Origin: a virus
Taxonomy: Duplodnaviria > Heunggongvirae > Uroviricota > Caudoviricetes
IMG/VR virus record: IMGVR_UViG_3300000976_000008
Location: 111,223-175,222 of that record
Direction: 5' to 3' (one strand)
DNA: 64,000 nt
Part shown: positions 36,901-46,083 of the stretch, piece by piece
Position numbering within the stretch: position 1 is the stretch's first letter
Layout of the letters: each line of letters starts with the position of its first letter
Notes under the pieces: generated by a model
Told to the model about the DNA's origin: nothing
Database searches by the model: none
What the model saw: the letters and a program-made list of their open reading frames with translations, nothing else
Made by a program: the position numbers and the translations under genes

Positions 36901-39741
36901 TATAAGAATAATAGGAGCTTGCAGAGAGAATTCACTCAGAAAATTGGATTGAATGAATTATTGATACAATCGACAGACTTCACTTCCGGTTCTCCTTGGG
37001 ATACTATCTCTGGTGTTGGTAATGGTAAAAAGGGAAGCACAGCTCGATGGGAATCGTTCATATTCGAATTAGATGCTGCAGACGGGAGTGGATTAGATCA
37101 ATGTACGCCTCCTTTATTCTTTTCAGCATCTGGTCAAGGAACATTAGAATTTCCAGATTTTAGCCTCACAAACAGTAGAGGAATTTTTGTTGATTCGTGT
37201 TTGGCAGAGATCGATGTTACTAATATAGCCGCTGGTGAAAATACCAATGAGGTTCAAATAGTTGTACTCCCTTCTCCAACCGGTGGATTCTGGAACCTTT
37301 CCTTCGATTTTGGAACTGTTGAAACTACTCCAAATATCCCTTGGAATGCTACTGCTTTACAAGTTCGAAATCGTTTGGTGACCTTAAGCAACATCAATAC
37401 TGTTAATAATATTGAGGTATCTGGTGCGGGATCTCCGACTGACCCTTATTTGGTCACGTTTAAAGGTGCATTGGGATCTCAAGATCATAATCTTCTAATT
37501 GCAGATGGTTCAAATTTAGCTGGGTCCGCGTCGGCTATCATCGCAACAACCAATGATGGTAGTGTCAATGAGAGGCAAATCATTGAAACAACAACGAGCA
37601 CAATCCAAAACTTAGAGATCACTTTCAATGGCGAAACAACTATACCTCTACCATTCAATAGATCCTTAAAAAATGCACAAACAGCTTTAGAAGGTCTATC
37701 CACGATCGGTGTTGGAAATGTTTTAGTAACTGGTGATACTACCGATCGTGAATCAAGCTATTCTGGAAGATTAATAGTTGATTTCATTGGAAGTCTAGGT
37801 GGCCAAAATGTCTCTTTAATGACAGTGGAACCATCCGCTAATTATTCAAATAGTCTTGCTTGGCAAGGCGGTTTTGCTCCAGGAGGAGGAATCAATGAAC
37901 GGCAACAGATTACGGTTGAAGCGTTCGGAGGCAGTTACGTTCTCAGAGTCTTTGATGTTGGAGGAACCGTCCCCGCAGTTGATATCGGAACAACAACCGA
38001 TGGGAACACATCAAATGTTGACTGTTATGATATTACTTTTGGCGGCACTCTCGAAGGGCAGAACATCGACCTGAACACCTTCTTTAGCCCAGATAGTGGG
38101 CCAGCACCGTTTTCACATTCACAACAAAATATTCAAAATGGAGAAGCTGGAACAAACCCAATACCAGAAATCCAAAGACATTGCTTTACATGGTTGTTGG
38201 GTGACGGCGGGATTGGGACAGATGACTCACTATTTGGCTTAGAATCACCAAGTGATCCAATATTCATCGATATACTTGATACTGTTGGCCCAACCCCACT
38301 CGTCAAAGGAATCGATTCTTCAGTAGCAATTGCAGCATACTTAGAATCAGCGTTGGCGGTACCAGCAAACAGTATCACTGTCGTAGCAAGTAGCTTATCA
38401 AACGCTGTAAATGAAGTTCAAACAGCAACCGTTACTGGAGCACCTATTGGTGGAACATTCGCATTAGTTGTTGAAGGCCAAGAAACAGTACCAATCTCTT
38501 TCTCAGCACCAGCGATTGATGTTCAGAACGCAATAAACAGTTTATCAAACGTCTCAGATGTGGCAGTAGCAAAATCTGGCACACTGCCAGCAGATGTGAT
38601 ATATACGATCACATTCCAAGGTGAAGATGGCGGCAAAAACTGGCAAACAATTGTTGGTAAAGCAGATAATCTGGCCAACGGTAGTGCGTTCGCCGACACA
38701 GCTCCAATACCATATAATGCTTCTGCTCAAATGGTAAAAGATGCTTTGGTTGGGGCTGCAATATGGTTGTCCGATAGCGATTTGGATATAACTAGAGATT
38801 CAGACACAGATAACATCTACAAATGGACAATCGAGTGGGCTGGAAACTATTTGAGAGAGAATATTCCTCAAATGCAAATCAGTGGTGCCCAATTGGCTGG
38901 TGGAGATATTTTTGTAAGTGAAAATCTCAAAGGCACTGGCAGCAATGATCAACAGAGATTGAGAATTGTCAACGCAACGGGGGGTTCATTCACATTATCT
39001 CTAACGATCGATGGAGTAACTGACGAAACAACATCTATCCCATGGAACACAACAGCTGAAGGATTAAAAGCTCAGTTATTACAATTAAGCTTCTTTGACG
39101 CACCTGGTCAACTAGATGTGGTTGATGAGTATCCCGATAGATTACCACCAAGTCCAATCAATGCATCATTTGTGATAATATTCCAAAAGAGATTTGGTGA
39201 TATCCCATTGCTGGTTCCAACATTCCAAGAATCTCTACTTTGTGACCCAATTGTTTTACCACATGTTGATCCTGGTCCATATGGCTATCCTGTCCCGATT
39301 GATGATAATGAGGAATCATGCCAATCTGGCTTCCAGTTGCAAAGACCAGCCGAAAGTGAAGGAGCAATAGAAGAGATAGAATCTTGCTGTGATTCGGGTT
39401 CTATCAGCGATACTGCAAATCAATCTTCTAGATTACAACTAGAAAGAGATCTGTTTGATCCCAATAGAAAAGCTGGCGATCGGTTGTTGACGGTTAGAGA
39501 TCTCGCAAAATTAAAAGGATTGCAGATAAATAATTATGTCCCATATATCAGAGATTTTATTACAAATGATCTAGCTCCAGTGTCATGGCATACTATTGTG
39601 AAACCAAAGGATAGTTTCATTTTGATAGAGGGGCATCTCACAACACGACGTGGAAGAGAAAGAATTTCTAATTATCTGAGTAGCAATCGAGAAATATTGC
39701 CATCAAGATTCGTTTGGAATTCGATGAGCAATAATTTGTAA
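33931..39741 (+). CDS. 1936-aa vWA-domain protein with carbohydrate-binding-like modules and internal repeats (probable virion/adhesion protein)
   Basis: MIDAS DISGS..VITDE; N[GP]xF[ED]..W modules; five N[ED][VRQ]Q-initiated repeats at 37246, 37567, 37894, 38410, 38944. Confidence 0.75.
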   Translation: MSTGTAGPFEHIKRPICGEAAEISQSTFVELISIKEVYTRAIYRDNPNVCVALRRLAFGKTPRELPEPPPERGFEILPAPPLPRNTIPIPVGGNNTPVPTPTPGGGSVPGGPIFTSQSAEEKIAGLGIAKASVEFRDLIINNESFATTQMSNCAMIAGDNAPPITPANCPESDCNVDAAFSIDISGSMQSAIDAVKIGAAEMADLISSVSNGSYRFGLSHFGQSDNGGNLLVPLPLTDQQCQNINLFQANVDNLTVSGGHEPWHQVLTYVQDNKDTEWTFRDNSDARIVFVITDEASDVKADEALAAAIEMGRCGVRWVGIWTETRHPNTLTSTGSMQSQGASTYGEFFDMLAAASNGLWVHSPNGIDMLPLMTSFILSVCGSVVREIPECPGGEDKVTNGKFETSIAGWNDETTGAGSVDWDETTESMKLSGIASQEIAGLAPGDIAIMGFGIHLESATVGGILEYRLESGSGDILESAQILSSDLGVGQDNVIRFDLQTTIQLDGAIKIVFDSEVGSITDFYVDNVLLCVLKEDDCGPGSRNLIQNPNFDEGIIAWNDSSNTPITPHTDPEVWDSLTQSIIVSLTGEPEVRTDVTDLRPGENYSLNFELSSFEPEVIEELEFIYGILDASNNVIIENTITRGDADPPQRLQVDFIAPADGFCRVFFKGGTTSGVVKLRNILLCDTSGDCEEGFDKVSFDDFETTRGAWAGGRHDLLEKYIILESAGGDDKLQQTFTSLEPGTTLQVSFSSLNVGSNNLLIELHSGGVINQDSITSAGSYVYTIVVQDTGIVSVIVQNLDTAESAVDNILVCSQASPDCDGSITDVELMVEWDGIPRSPVNIFNAIARYTIRNPNDPFDLTTETHIANTEGVLGLSSCDTWKQEGQGGNPQANVLAFGLNNAAAAAVNEGDEANVSSRGNWIWSIPNSGSMQDVLNVSFPAPPAGLIESVEFFLLTQQATPSGSGTSPILPPPLSCSPDPAQDLQITIRYKNNRSLQREFTQKIGLNELLIQSTDFTSGSPWDTISGVGNGKKGSTARWESFIFELDAADGSGLDQCTPPLFFSASGQGTLEFPDFSLTNSRGIFVDSCLAEIDVTNIAAGENTNEVQIVVLPSPTGGFWNLSFDFGTVETTPNIPWNATALQVRNRLVTLSNINTVNNIEVSGAGSPTDPYLVTFKGALGSQDHNLLIADGSNLAGSASAIIATTNDGSVNERQIIETTTSTIQNLEITFNGETTIPLPFNRSLKNAQTALEGLSTIGVGNVLVTGDTTDRESSYSGRLIVDFIGSLGGQNVSLMTVEPSANYSNSLAWQGGFAPGGGINERQQITVEAFGGSYVLRVFDVGGTVPAVDIGTTTDGNTSNVDCYDITFGGTLEGQNIDLNTFFSPDSGPAPFSHSQQNIQNGEAGTNPIPEIQRHCFTWLLGDGGIGTDDSLFGLESPSDPIFIDILDTVGPTPLVKGIDSSVAIAAYLESALAVPANSITVVASSLSNAVNEVQTATVTGAPIGGTFALVVEGQETVPISFSAPAIDVQNAINSLSNVSDVAVAKSGTLPADVIYTITFQGEDGGKNWQTIVGKADNLANGSAFADTAPIPYNASAQMVKDALVGAAIWLSDSDLDITRDSDTDNIYKWTIEWAGNYLRENIPQMQISGAQLAGGDIFVSENLKGTGSNDQQRLRIVNATGGSFTLSLTIDGVTDETTSIPWNTTAEGLKAQLLQLSFFDAPGQLDVVDEYPDRLPPSPINASFVIIFQKRFGDIPLLVPTFQESLLCDPIVLPHVDPGPYGYPVPIDDNEESCQSGFQLQRPAESEGAIEEIESCCDSGSISDTANQSSRLQLERDLFDPNRKAGDRLLTVRDLAKLKGLQINNYVPYIRDFITNDLAPVSWHTIVKPKDSFILIEGHLTTRRGRERISNYLSSNREILPSRFVWNSMSNNL

Positions 39742-39925
39742 TATATCGTTGTTTTAACCAATATCTAGAATTCCTATCACCCTAATATCTAGATATAATA
39801 TAAAGTAGACTTTTCTTCTAGTCTCAAGATCAGATAAGACCATTATATCCTACAAATGATAAGATAATATTATTGTTGGGGAAGGAAAGAACGGCTACAG
39901 CTCGTGGCCCGGTTTCCCTATTCTC

Positions 39926-40303
39926 TTGGGTGTTTTGGTGTTTAATTCAAATATTTCTGCCACTTTGCTGGCAACTATAGATGTTACGACTGTAGTCATC
40001 GTAATCGGTTCTGCACTAGCCGCAGCCGCATCAATTGGATTTTTGATATGGCACTGGGGCAGCTCTCTTGGCACTCAAATCCAAGAAGCAATTTCCAGAA
40101 TTAAGAACTTAGAAAAGAATGATATATCTCAAGATGAACAACTCAAAAATCTTGATGAATGGAATCGCGAATATGAAAGAGTTCATGGGTCAGTTAAACC
40201 ATCTGAGCGTGGTGCTTCTATTAACATCACAACAGAAGGGCCTGGTACTCAGGTAAATTCAACTGCTGGTAGTGGTAGCATTAACGATAGCCGGAACAGG
40301 TAA
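39926..40303 (+). CDS. Membrane protein with coiled coil (holin/XhlA-like layout)
   Basis: TM segment VVIVIGSALAAAASIGFLIW followed by RIKNLE..QLKNL. Confidence 0.5.
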   Translation: MGVLVFNSNISATLLATIDVTTVVIVIGSALAAAASIGFLIWHWGSSLGTQIQEAISRIKNLEKNDISQDEQLKNLDEWNREYERVHGSVKPSERGASINITTEGPGTQVNSTAGSGSINDSRNR

Positions 40304-40308
40304 GAGTA

Positions 40309-40893
40309 ATGAACTCTTCAGTCTACGGACTATTCAGCACTATCATAACATTTATATCAATATGTGTTGGCGGATTTACAATCGTTATCAGAGTTGATAA
40401 GATACCAACACCAATTGAAATAGCTGCAGCAGAAGAAGCGGAACGAGTTGAACGCATTCTTATAGCTCGTGACCCTATCAATCCTGATAGTAAGGAAGAT
40501 GCTAAAAAGATCCTAAGATATACAAGGGAACCATTGCTATTAAAAATAGATGAAAATGGGCGAAAATTGTGGCGTGTCCAATTTAACCTCAACAAATTGA
40601 AATCAGTTAAGTTAGCTGAAAATGTTGATTCAATAAAATTCGTCGATGGTCGTGTCCTCATGGTATGTGAAGACACCTATTTCAGAATTTTAAAAAAGAC
40701 ACAAACTTGCGGTAACTCAGATCATTTAGAAGAACATGAAGTAACAATTTATCTTGAAAACAATGAATTGCATTTTCAAGCACAAAAAGAACAAGATGAG
40801 AATTGTTGGGTTATCGTCAAGTATACAGCCAAAGACCAAGATACCGCATATTGGTTAAAAGGTGAAGCTGAAGGAGTTGAGTGGGTCGAATGA
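40309..40893 (+). CDS. Membrane-anchored protein, paralogue 1 of 3
   Basis: TFISICVGGFTI; DGRVL..DTYFR; QDENCW. Confidence 0.75.
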   Translation: MNSSVYGLFSTIITFISICVGGFTIVIRVDKIPTPIEIAAAEEAERVERILIARDPINPDSKEDAKKILRYTREPLLLKIDENGRKLWRVQFNLNKLKSVKLAENVDSIKFVDGRVLMVCEDTYFRILKKTQTCGNSDHLEEHEVTIYLENNELHFQAQKEQDENCWVIVKYTAKDQDTAYWLKGEAEGVEWVE

Positions 40894-41471
40894 ATCCCAT
40901 AAAACGAATCATTGCCGGAATGGCATGTGTGTTCACATTTATATCTATAGGCGGATTTACTATTGCTTTAGAAATCAACAATAAAAGTATACGAATTGCT
41001 GAAAAATTAGCCAAAAAGAAGGTAGATGCTGAGATACTCTCAGCTAAGAAAAAATCTGAAGAAGACAATAATAAACCAATCAACGCTGAAAAAGCAGCAA
41101 CAATAGCTAGGCCAACTAGAAAATCATGGCTACAAGGGATTAATGAAGACGGAGTTCCAGTATATGAGAGATCAGTAAATCTGAGAGAGATAGAAGACTA
41201 CATATATCTAGCTCAATCTTGTTATGAGCTTCAAGAAATTGATGGAAGAATTTTGGCTCATGATGATGACAAATATCATCGAGTTACTATGGATATGCTC
41301 AATAAACCATATTATGGAAAAGACCCCAACACAAAAGTCTTCATAGAACTCAAGCGAGGCAAACTATATGTTCATTTTGATGGTGTAACTCAAGATGAAA
41401 ATTGTTGGATCAATTTTAAATGGGCTTGCCCCTTTCCATCTGGAAGAATGCCAGATAGGATTGAAAAATGA
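40881..41471 (+). CDS. Membrane-anchored protein, paralogue 2 of 3
   Basis: TFISIGGFTI; DGRIL..DKYHR; QDENCW. Confidence 0.75.
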   Translation: MGRMNPIKRIIAGMACVFTFISIGGFTIALEINNKSIRIAEKLAKKKVDAEILSAKKKSEEDNNKPINAEKAATIARPTRKSWLQGINEDGVPVYERSVNLREIEDYIYLAQSCYELQEIDGRILAHDDDKYHRVTMDMLNKPYYGKDPNTKVFIELKRGKLYVHFDGVTQDENCWINFKWACPFPSGRMPDRIEK

Positions 41472-42199
41472 AGATTCTCAGAGCTATTCTTTCATTCATC
41501 ATAGTATTTGTTACAATATGTGTTAGTGGGTTTGTTGTCAGTGTTGATATCAGCACCCAAAAACAATTAACATTAGAAGCCACAAAAAGACCTACAGGCC
41601 CAGAATATACTCCTCTTATTAAGAAGCATGCTATCCATATAACGAAAGGCACAGAAAAAATTAGACAAATTGGTTCTGAAGATGGTTATAGAATCGTAGA
41701 GTTATACATGAATCTGAAAGGAGGACCAACTAATGCAGATATAATTATTAGCATCGAAGGGTTAGTTGAAATTCTAGAAGCAGATGGTAGAATTAAACTA
41801 AAAACAGATGATTTATATCATCGGTTTACAGAAGATGGCGTTTATTATGAAGACGAGGAAAATCCGAGAGTCTGGTCAGAAGTTTCTAATAATATAACTT
41901 CTTACTATGGCGATGGTGCAATTCAAGATGAATATTGTTGGATATATCTTAAATATAAAATAGAAAATTATATCGAAATATTTGTGCCTACCGAAAAGGA
42001 TCTCGCACAAGATAAATCAAATCCAAATAATCCACAATATTTGCAAGAGAGAAGAAAGAAGCATGAAGAATACTTAAAATGGAAACGTAAAAGAGAAGAA
42101 TGGAAGGCTTGGAAAGCATGGAAAGACGCTCAAGATGCTGAATCCAAAACTAATTCGGACACCAACTCACCAACAAACGAGGATAAAAATGAGCGATGA
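41468..42199 (+). CDS. Membrane-anchored protein, paralogue 3 of 3
   Basis: VTICVSGFVV; DGRIK..DLYHR; QDEYCW. Confidence 0.75.
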   Translation: MKILRAILSFIIVFVTICVSGFVVSVDISTQKQLTLEATKRPTGPEYTPLIKKHAIHITKGTEKIRQIGSEDGYRIVELYMNLKGGPTNADIIISIEGLVEILEADGRIKLKTDDLYHRFTEDGVYYEDEENPRVWSEVSNNITSYYGDGAIQDEYCWIYLKYKIENYIEIFVPTEKDLAQDKSNPNNPQYLQERRKKHEEYLKWKRKREEWKAWKAWKDAQDAESKTNSDTNSPTNEDKNER

Positions 42200-42671
42200 C
42201 AAAGGCGTAAATGTCAATTTCAATATTGGCGAAGGATCTCAAGTTAATGCCCCCATCTCTGGAGACGTTAACAGTCCGTCTAACACATACTCTGTCGGAG
42301 AGACGGATCAGATTGCTAAATTCTTCGAGTCTCTTAAAGTAGAACTTGAAAAGGATGAAGCGGAAGCACGATCAGTCTGGGAAGCACCGGTCACTGAACT
42401 TAAAGCATTGGCTGCAGAAACTCCAAGCGAACCAACACCGCCAGCAGCGATGGCGGAAAGTGCTGATGGCGGTACAGCAGAGCCGATGAGCCTCTTCTCA
42501 GGAATTGAAGAAAGATGCGTCAGTTTGATCGAAAGTATCAAACCATATGCTGGCACAATTGCTCGTGCTGTGGCTATCTTCGGAACTGAGGTATTGAAAT
42601 CAATGGCCTCGAAGAATCCGATTATTTCAGGAATTGTCGCCGTCGCTGAAGAATTTTCAGAAGACGATTAG
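42135..42671 (+). CDS. Hypothetical protein (likely start 42189, MSDDKG)
   Basis: GAGGA RBS upstream of 42189. Confidence 0.6.
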   Translation: MLNPKLIRTPTHQQTRIKMSDDKGVNVNFNIGEGSQVNAPISGDVNSPSNTYSVGETDQIAKFFESLKVELEKDEAEARSVWEAPVTELKALAAETPSEPTPPAAMAESADGGTAEPMSLFSGIEERCVSLIESIKPYAGTIARAVAIFGTEVLKSMASKNPIISGIVAVAEEFSEDD

Positions 42672-43303
42672 TAACCAAATTCGACATTGATGTACTTGAA
42701 CCCTAGATTTTGGAGATGAATTAACGCTTTGTCCCCGATATCTGGGGCCATCAAGTATCCAAAGACATCAAAACCATCGGTTTGTAAGACCTCGACATAT
42801 CTTCTAACTTGACCACAATCTGATATAGTGGCTTTCCTTCTCTTTACTTCAATTACATGCTTTGTTTGGTCGAATTCAGTACCCAATATATCAATAGCAC
42901 CGTGCTCAGTCTTAAATTCTCTGACTATACTGAAACATTCAATGTCAAAATAGTCGGGCCAATCATTAAAGACCTTTAAAACGAGTTCCTTTTCGGTTCG
43001 TCTAAGTTTAACTGAATCTTCAGACCAATCTTCAAGATTAGAAAATGTGATGACCTTATCAATGAAGATACTGATCTTCTCACTCTTCTTAGCAAAAACG
43101 AGAGTATCACCATCCTTGATCTCTCCAGATACTAATATAGCACCTGACCCCAAGTAATTGCGGGCCGGAATAAGTCCTCCAGCGTGTACGGAAACAGATC
43201 CGTCATTCTTCCTCATCAAGAGGAAATTGCCTGGTCCAAGAAGACCCAAAGCACGGCCATTATATTCTACTCGACCGTGGAAGTAAAGGATGAAACTGGG
43301 CAT
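42668..43303 (-). CDS. nucS: NucS/EndoMS-family endonuclease
   Basis: VEYNGRA..L..G..LLMRKNDGSVSVH; E..REFKTEHGAIDIL..VIEVKRR..GQVRRY..GYLMAP. Confidence 0.85.
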   Translation of the reverse strand: MPSFILYFHGRVEYNGRALGLLGPGNFLLMRKNDGSVSVHAGGLIPARNYLGSGAILVSGEIKDGDTLVFAKKSEKISIFIDKVITFSNLEDWSEDSVKLRRTEKELVLKVFNDWPDYFDIECFSIVREFKTEHGAIDILGTEFDQTKHVIEVKRRKATISDCGQVRRYVEVLQTDGFDVFGYLMAPDIGDKALIHLQNLGFKYINVEFGY

Positions 43304-43315
43304 CCTTTATATACA

Positions 43316-44617
43316 CTAGACACCGTCACCATACCACTGTTGTTGGAAGTTCTGTTCTGGTACTTGACTTTGGGTGGTAGGTGCTGCAGTGGGTTGGGGA
43401 TCACCAAGTTTGAATAATTTGAATGCAGATCTGAGTGAACCACTCAACTGTTGAAGCTGCTGTTGTGCAGTTGGATCGTTTGAGCCAGCAGCTTTCAATT
43501 CCTTAAACTTCTGATATGTCTGGATTATTTGATCCGGTGTCAATCCATTTGCTGATAGTGTCGCGTTGAACTTTGTTCTCAAATCATCGGCCAAAATTTG
43601 AACCGCTAATTTAGCTCCTCTTTCGTTTGCGGATATAGCGGCTTGAGCTGTTGCTTGAGATGCAGCATGTTGAGGATTTGCTATCGCACTACCAACTTGG
43701 GTTGCCCCATTTTTCAGTGCTTGCTTCAATCTTTGAACAAGTTGATTTTCGGAGATAGGCGGCATTGGGACACCATATTTATGACCAATTTTCCGCATCA
43801 TCATGTTTCCAATGTATCCTATATTAGAAACTATTCTTGAATCTTTCAGAAGATGAGAAGCAACTGGGTTGAAACTTTCCAACCCCAATTTAGATTGAAG
43901 TTGAGCAAATTTCTTGATTAAAGTTTGTAATTCTTGCCGATTTCCTTCTGGTGTCGCCGCTGGTTGTCCTGGAACGACGGGTGCGGAGGGTGCGGCGGAT
44001 TGAGGTGCTGCTTGAGGTGCTGCTTGAGGTGCTGCTTGAGGTGCTGGAGCTGCTTGCCCTTGTGGTGCAGCTTGACCAAGCATGTCTTGCTGCACTTGCT
44101 GTTGTACTCTTGTTTTCATCTCTTGGTCAGAGACATTGAAAACACCAAACAATTCTTGCCACCATACTGCGTTTTCTAATAGAGATACTTGGTCAGCATT
44201 TGCTTGTCTTATTAGTCTATTAACTGCATTTATTCCGCCACCATTTGGTGCCATGAATTTGAGCAGTGTGTCAAGATCGTTTGATGGGCCGGGTGTTAAA
44301 CTGGCTCTTAATTTTTCTATTCCAGCTTGCAGAATCTGGGTTAGTGAGTTTTCAGAAAGAAGTTTTGTATCTGCGACTGACTCTAGGAATATATAAGATA
44401 GTGATGGTGGATCTTGGTAATAATTAGAATTACCTTTTAGTCTATGGATCGTACTTTCAACTACGGTCGCATTGCTACCTTCCAACATTAGCCTCAAACC
44501 AATGGTCGAAAAGTCATTTGTTGTTGTTATTGTTGAAAGTTTCATGTTGTATTTTTGAGGATGAAGATGAAATTCCCAATAATTATTATTTCTTATGGTG
44601 CCTTTGGGTTTGACCAA
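43316..44617 (-). CDS. Hypothetical Gln/Ala-rich protein
   Basis: 433-aa ORF containing an (APQA)n linker. Confidence 0.7.
   Translation of the reverse strand: MVKPKGTIRNNNYWEFHLHPQKYNMKLSTITTTNDFSTIGLRLMLEGSNATVVESTIHRLKGNSNYYQDPPSLSYIFLESVADTKLLSENSLTQILQAGIEKLRASLTPGPSNDLDTLLKFMAPNGGGINAVNRLIRQANADQVSLLENAVWWQELFGVFNVSDQEMKTRVQQQVQQDMLGQAAPQGQAAPAPQAAPQAAPQAAPQSAAPSAPVVPGQPAATPEGNRQELQTLIKKFAQLQSKLGLESFNPVASHLLKDSRIVSNIGYIGNMMMRKIGHKYGVPMPPISENQLVQRLKQALKNGATQVGSAIANPQHAASQATAQAAISANERGAKLAVQILADDLRTKFNATLSANGLTPDQIIQTYQKFKELKAAGSNDPTAQQQLQQLSGSLRSAFKLFKLGDPQPTAAPTTQSQVPEQNFQQQWYGDGV
44001..44046. repeat. 12-bp tandem repeat TGAGGTGCTGCT, 3 full copies plus a partial copy (codes APQA)
   Basis: Read directly from the sequence. 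Confidence 0.9.
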
Positions 44618-44986
44618 AAGAAATTATTCATCGTTGAAGAGGATGGCGTGATGTTCTTGCCCGTCTTCAATGATCCAATTGTCGCAGCACAATTTCAATC
44701 TAGCATGCAGAAAAGATTATCTGGAGTTGGTGATGATCGACGATTGATGACACAGCTTTGCGAGAAGCCAAATTTCGCAAAAGACATGCTCACAGTAATT
44801 GCCTCTGTGGCACCAGAGCTTACTAGTGTAATATTTGATCCGTCTCCGCCAGAGGGATTAAATGAAGATGCCAAAAAAGCTGGTGTGCAGGCATTGAATA
44901 AAATAGTTCCGATTGAAGATGTGATTCAGGAACTTGATGAATTGTTGGAGGATTCTAAATCTGGTTCAGATGGGATTTCTGAATAG
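44555..44986 (+). CDS. Hypothetical protein (weak SseB-like motif)
   Basis: GVMFLPVFND..AAQF. Confidence 0.45.
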   Translation: MRMKMKFPIIIISYGAFGFDQKKLFIVEEDGVMFLPVFNDPIVAAQFQSSMQKRLSGVGDDRRLMTQLCEKPNFAKDMLTVIASVAPELTSVIFDPSPPEGLNEDAKKAGVQALNKIVPIEDVIQELDELLEDSKSGSDGISE

Positions 44987-45123
44987 TCGAAAACAGTGTA
45001 CTCACCTGAACACTCAAAGTAACTGGGGATTTTTTTCTCAGATTTCTCTACTTCTTTGAACTGAATCGTGGCATCATCTTCCTCTAAAGATATTTCTATC
45101 TCGATTGGTTCTGGATCAGTCAT
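44926..45123 (-). CDS. Small acidic hypothetical protein
   Basis: 65 aa, convergent overlap with the previous gene. Confidence 0.4.
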   Translation of the reverse strand: MTDPEPIEIEISLEEDDATIQFKEVEKSEKKIPSYFECSGEYTVFDYSEIPSEPDLESSNNSSSS

Positions 45124-45295
45124 AGATTATCTACTTGAGATAAATCGGATTTGGTTTTAAACGGATTTCTCCCGTATCCTAAGAGTACGAGGTCTTTGGT
45201 GTTCAAATTCAAGAATGAGAACGTTGGGAAACGTTTGTCTCTCTGTATATTTTTAGTTCTAATATTTATTAGCGAATATATCATAGAGAATAGAA

Positions 45296-45733
45296 TTGAA
45301 CAACACCGGTTCCCTAGGCTTCGGAAATATGTCAATGGAACGATCTTTAATAAGCAGCTGGATTCGACAAGCACGTTATCGAGCGAAGCGGCAAAATATC
45401 CACAGCGATTTGAAAATAGAAGATGTAGAAGCAACTATCGCTCACTACAACAATTGTTGTGTGTATTGTGAAGCAGAAATTGAGACACTTGACCATCCCT
45501 TTCCGTTAACAGATACATCCCCCAATATTGCCTCAAATGTTGTCCCTTGTTGCAAGAAATGTAAAAGTCTCAAAAAGAGCAATGATTTGGTTTGGATGTT
45601 TACAGAAAAGCACTTGGAACAAGAATTATATCTAACCATTTTGCAGAATATGTTCAATTGCCGAGATGGAGACAAAATCAAAGAACATGTCAGATGCGTC
45701 ACCGGAATAGGTGAGAAATCAGAAGAGGAATAA
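45296..45733 (+). CDS. HNH endonuclease
   Basis: CVYC..TLDHPFPL..NVVPCCKKCKSLK. Confidence 0.85.
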   Translation: MNNTGSLGFGNMSMERSLISSWIRQARYRAKRQNIHSDLKIEDVEATIAHYNNCCVYCEAEIETLDHPFPLTDTSPNIASNVVPCCKKCKSLKKSNDLVWMFTEKHLEQELYLTILQNMFNCRDGDKIKEHVRCVTGIGEKSEEE

Positions 45734-45993
45734 TGTCTAGAACACCCTATCCAGGATACGCACCAAGCTACAAAGTGGTAGACGAAACGGGAGGTTTCAC
45801 TAGGAATTGCATAATCCTAGAATTGTTGAGCGTGGGAAAATTGGGTCCTGCAGAGATGAGCCATATCCAAGAACAGCTTGAAGCATTCGTGGCGGGTCTA
45901 AGCAACCGCATGTCAAGTGTAGAGAACGCCAAAGTAGTTCTCCCAGATCAATTCGATCCGAAACTCAGAGAAGGTCTTCGGATCTCTGGTTGA
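45733..45993 (+). CDS. Hypothetical protein
   Basis: TAATG-coupled to the HNH gene. Confidence 0.65.
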   Translation: MSRTPYPGYAPSYKVVDETGGFTRNCIILELLSVGKLGPAEMSHIQEQLEAFVAGLSNRMSSVENAKVVLPDQFDPKLREGLRISG

Positions 45994-46083
45994 AAAATAT
46001 ATCTTCTTGACCCAATGACTGTATTTTAAATATTAACGGATTATTTCCGTTGGAAACATGTCGTTGTAACAAGGAGAATTCAT

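Noticed and set aside
34041-39367. Many 60-130-aa minus-strand ORFs
   Set aside because: All lie antisense within the 1936-aa gene and show no motifs or RBS.
32705-43318. TAGTGTA as a phage late-promoter motif (32705, 33409, and 43312 on minus)
   Set aside because: Only three intergenic hits with inconsistent spacing, and it also occurs at 628 in the wrong orientation; needs genome-wide motif statistics.
44001-44046. Tandem repeat as a CRISPR array or VNTR-like regulatory element
   Set aside because: No spacers; it is in frame and encodes an APQA linker.
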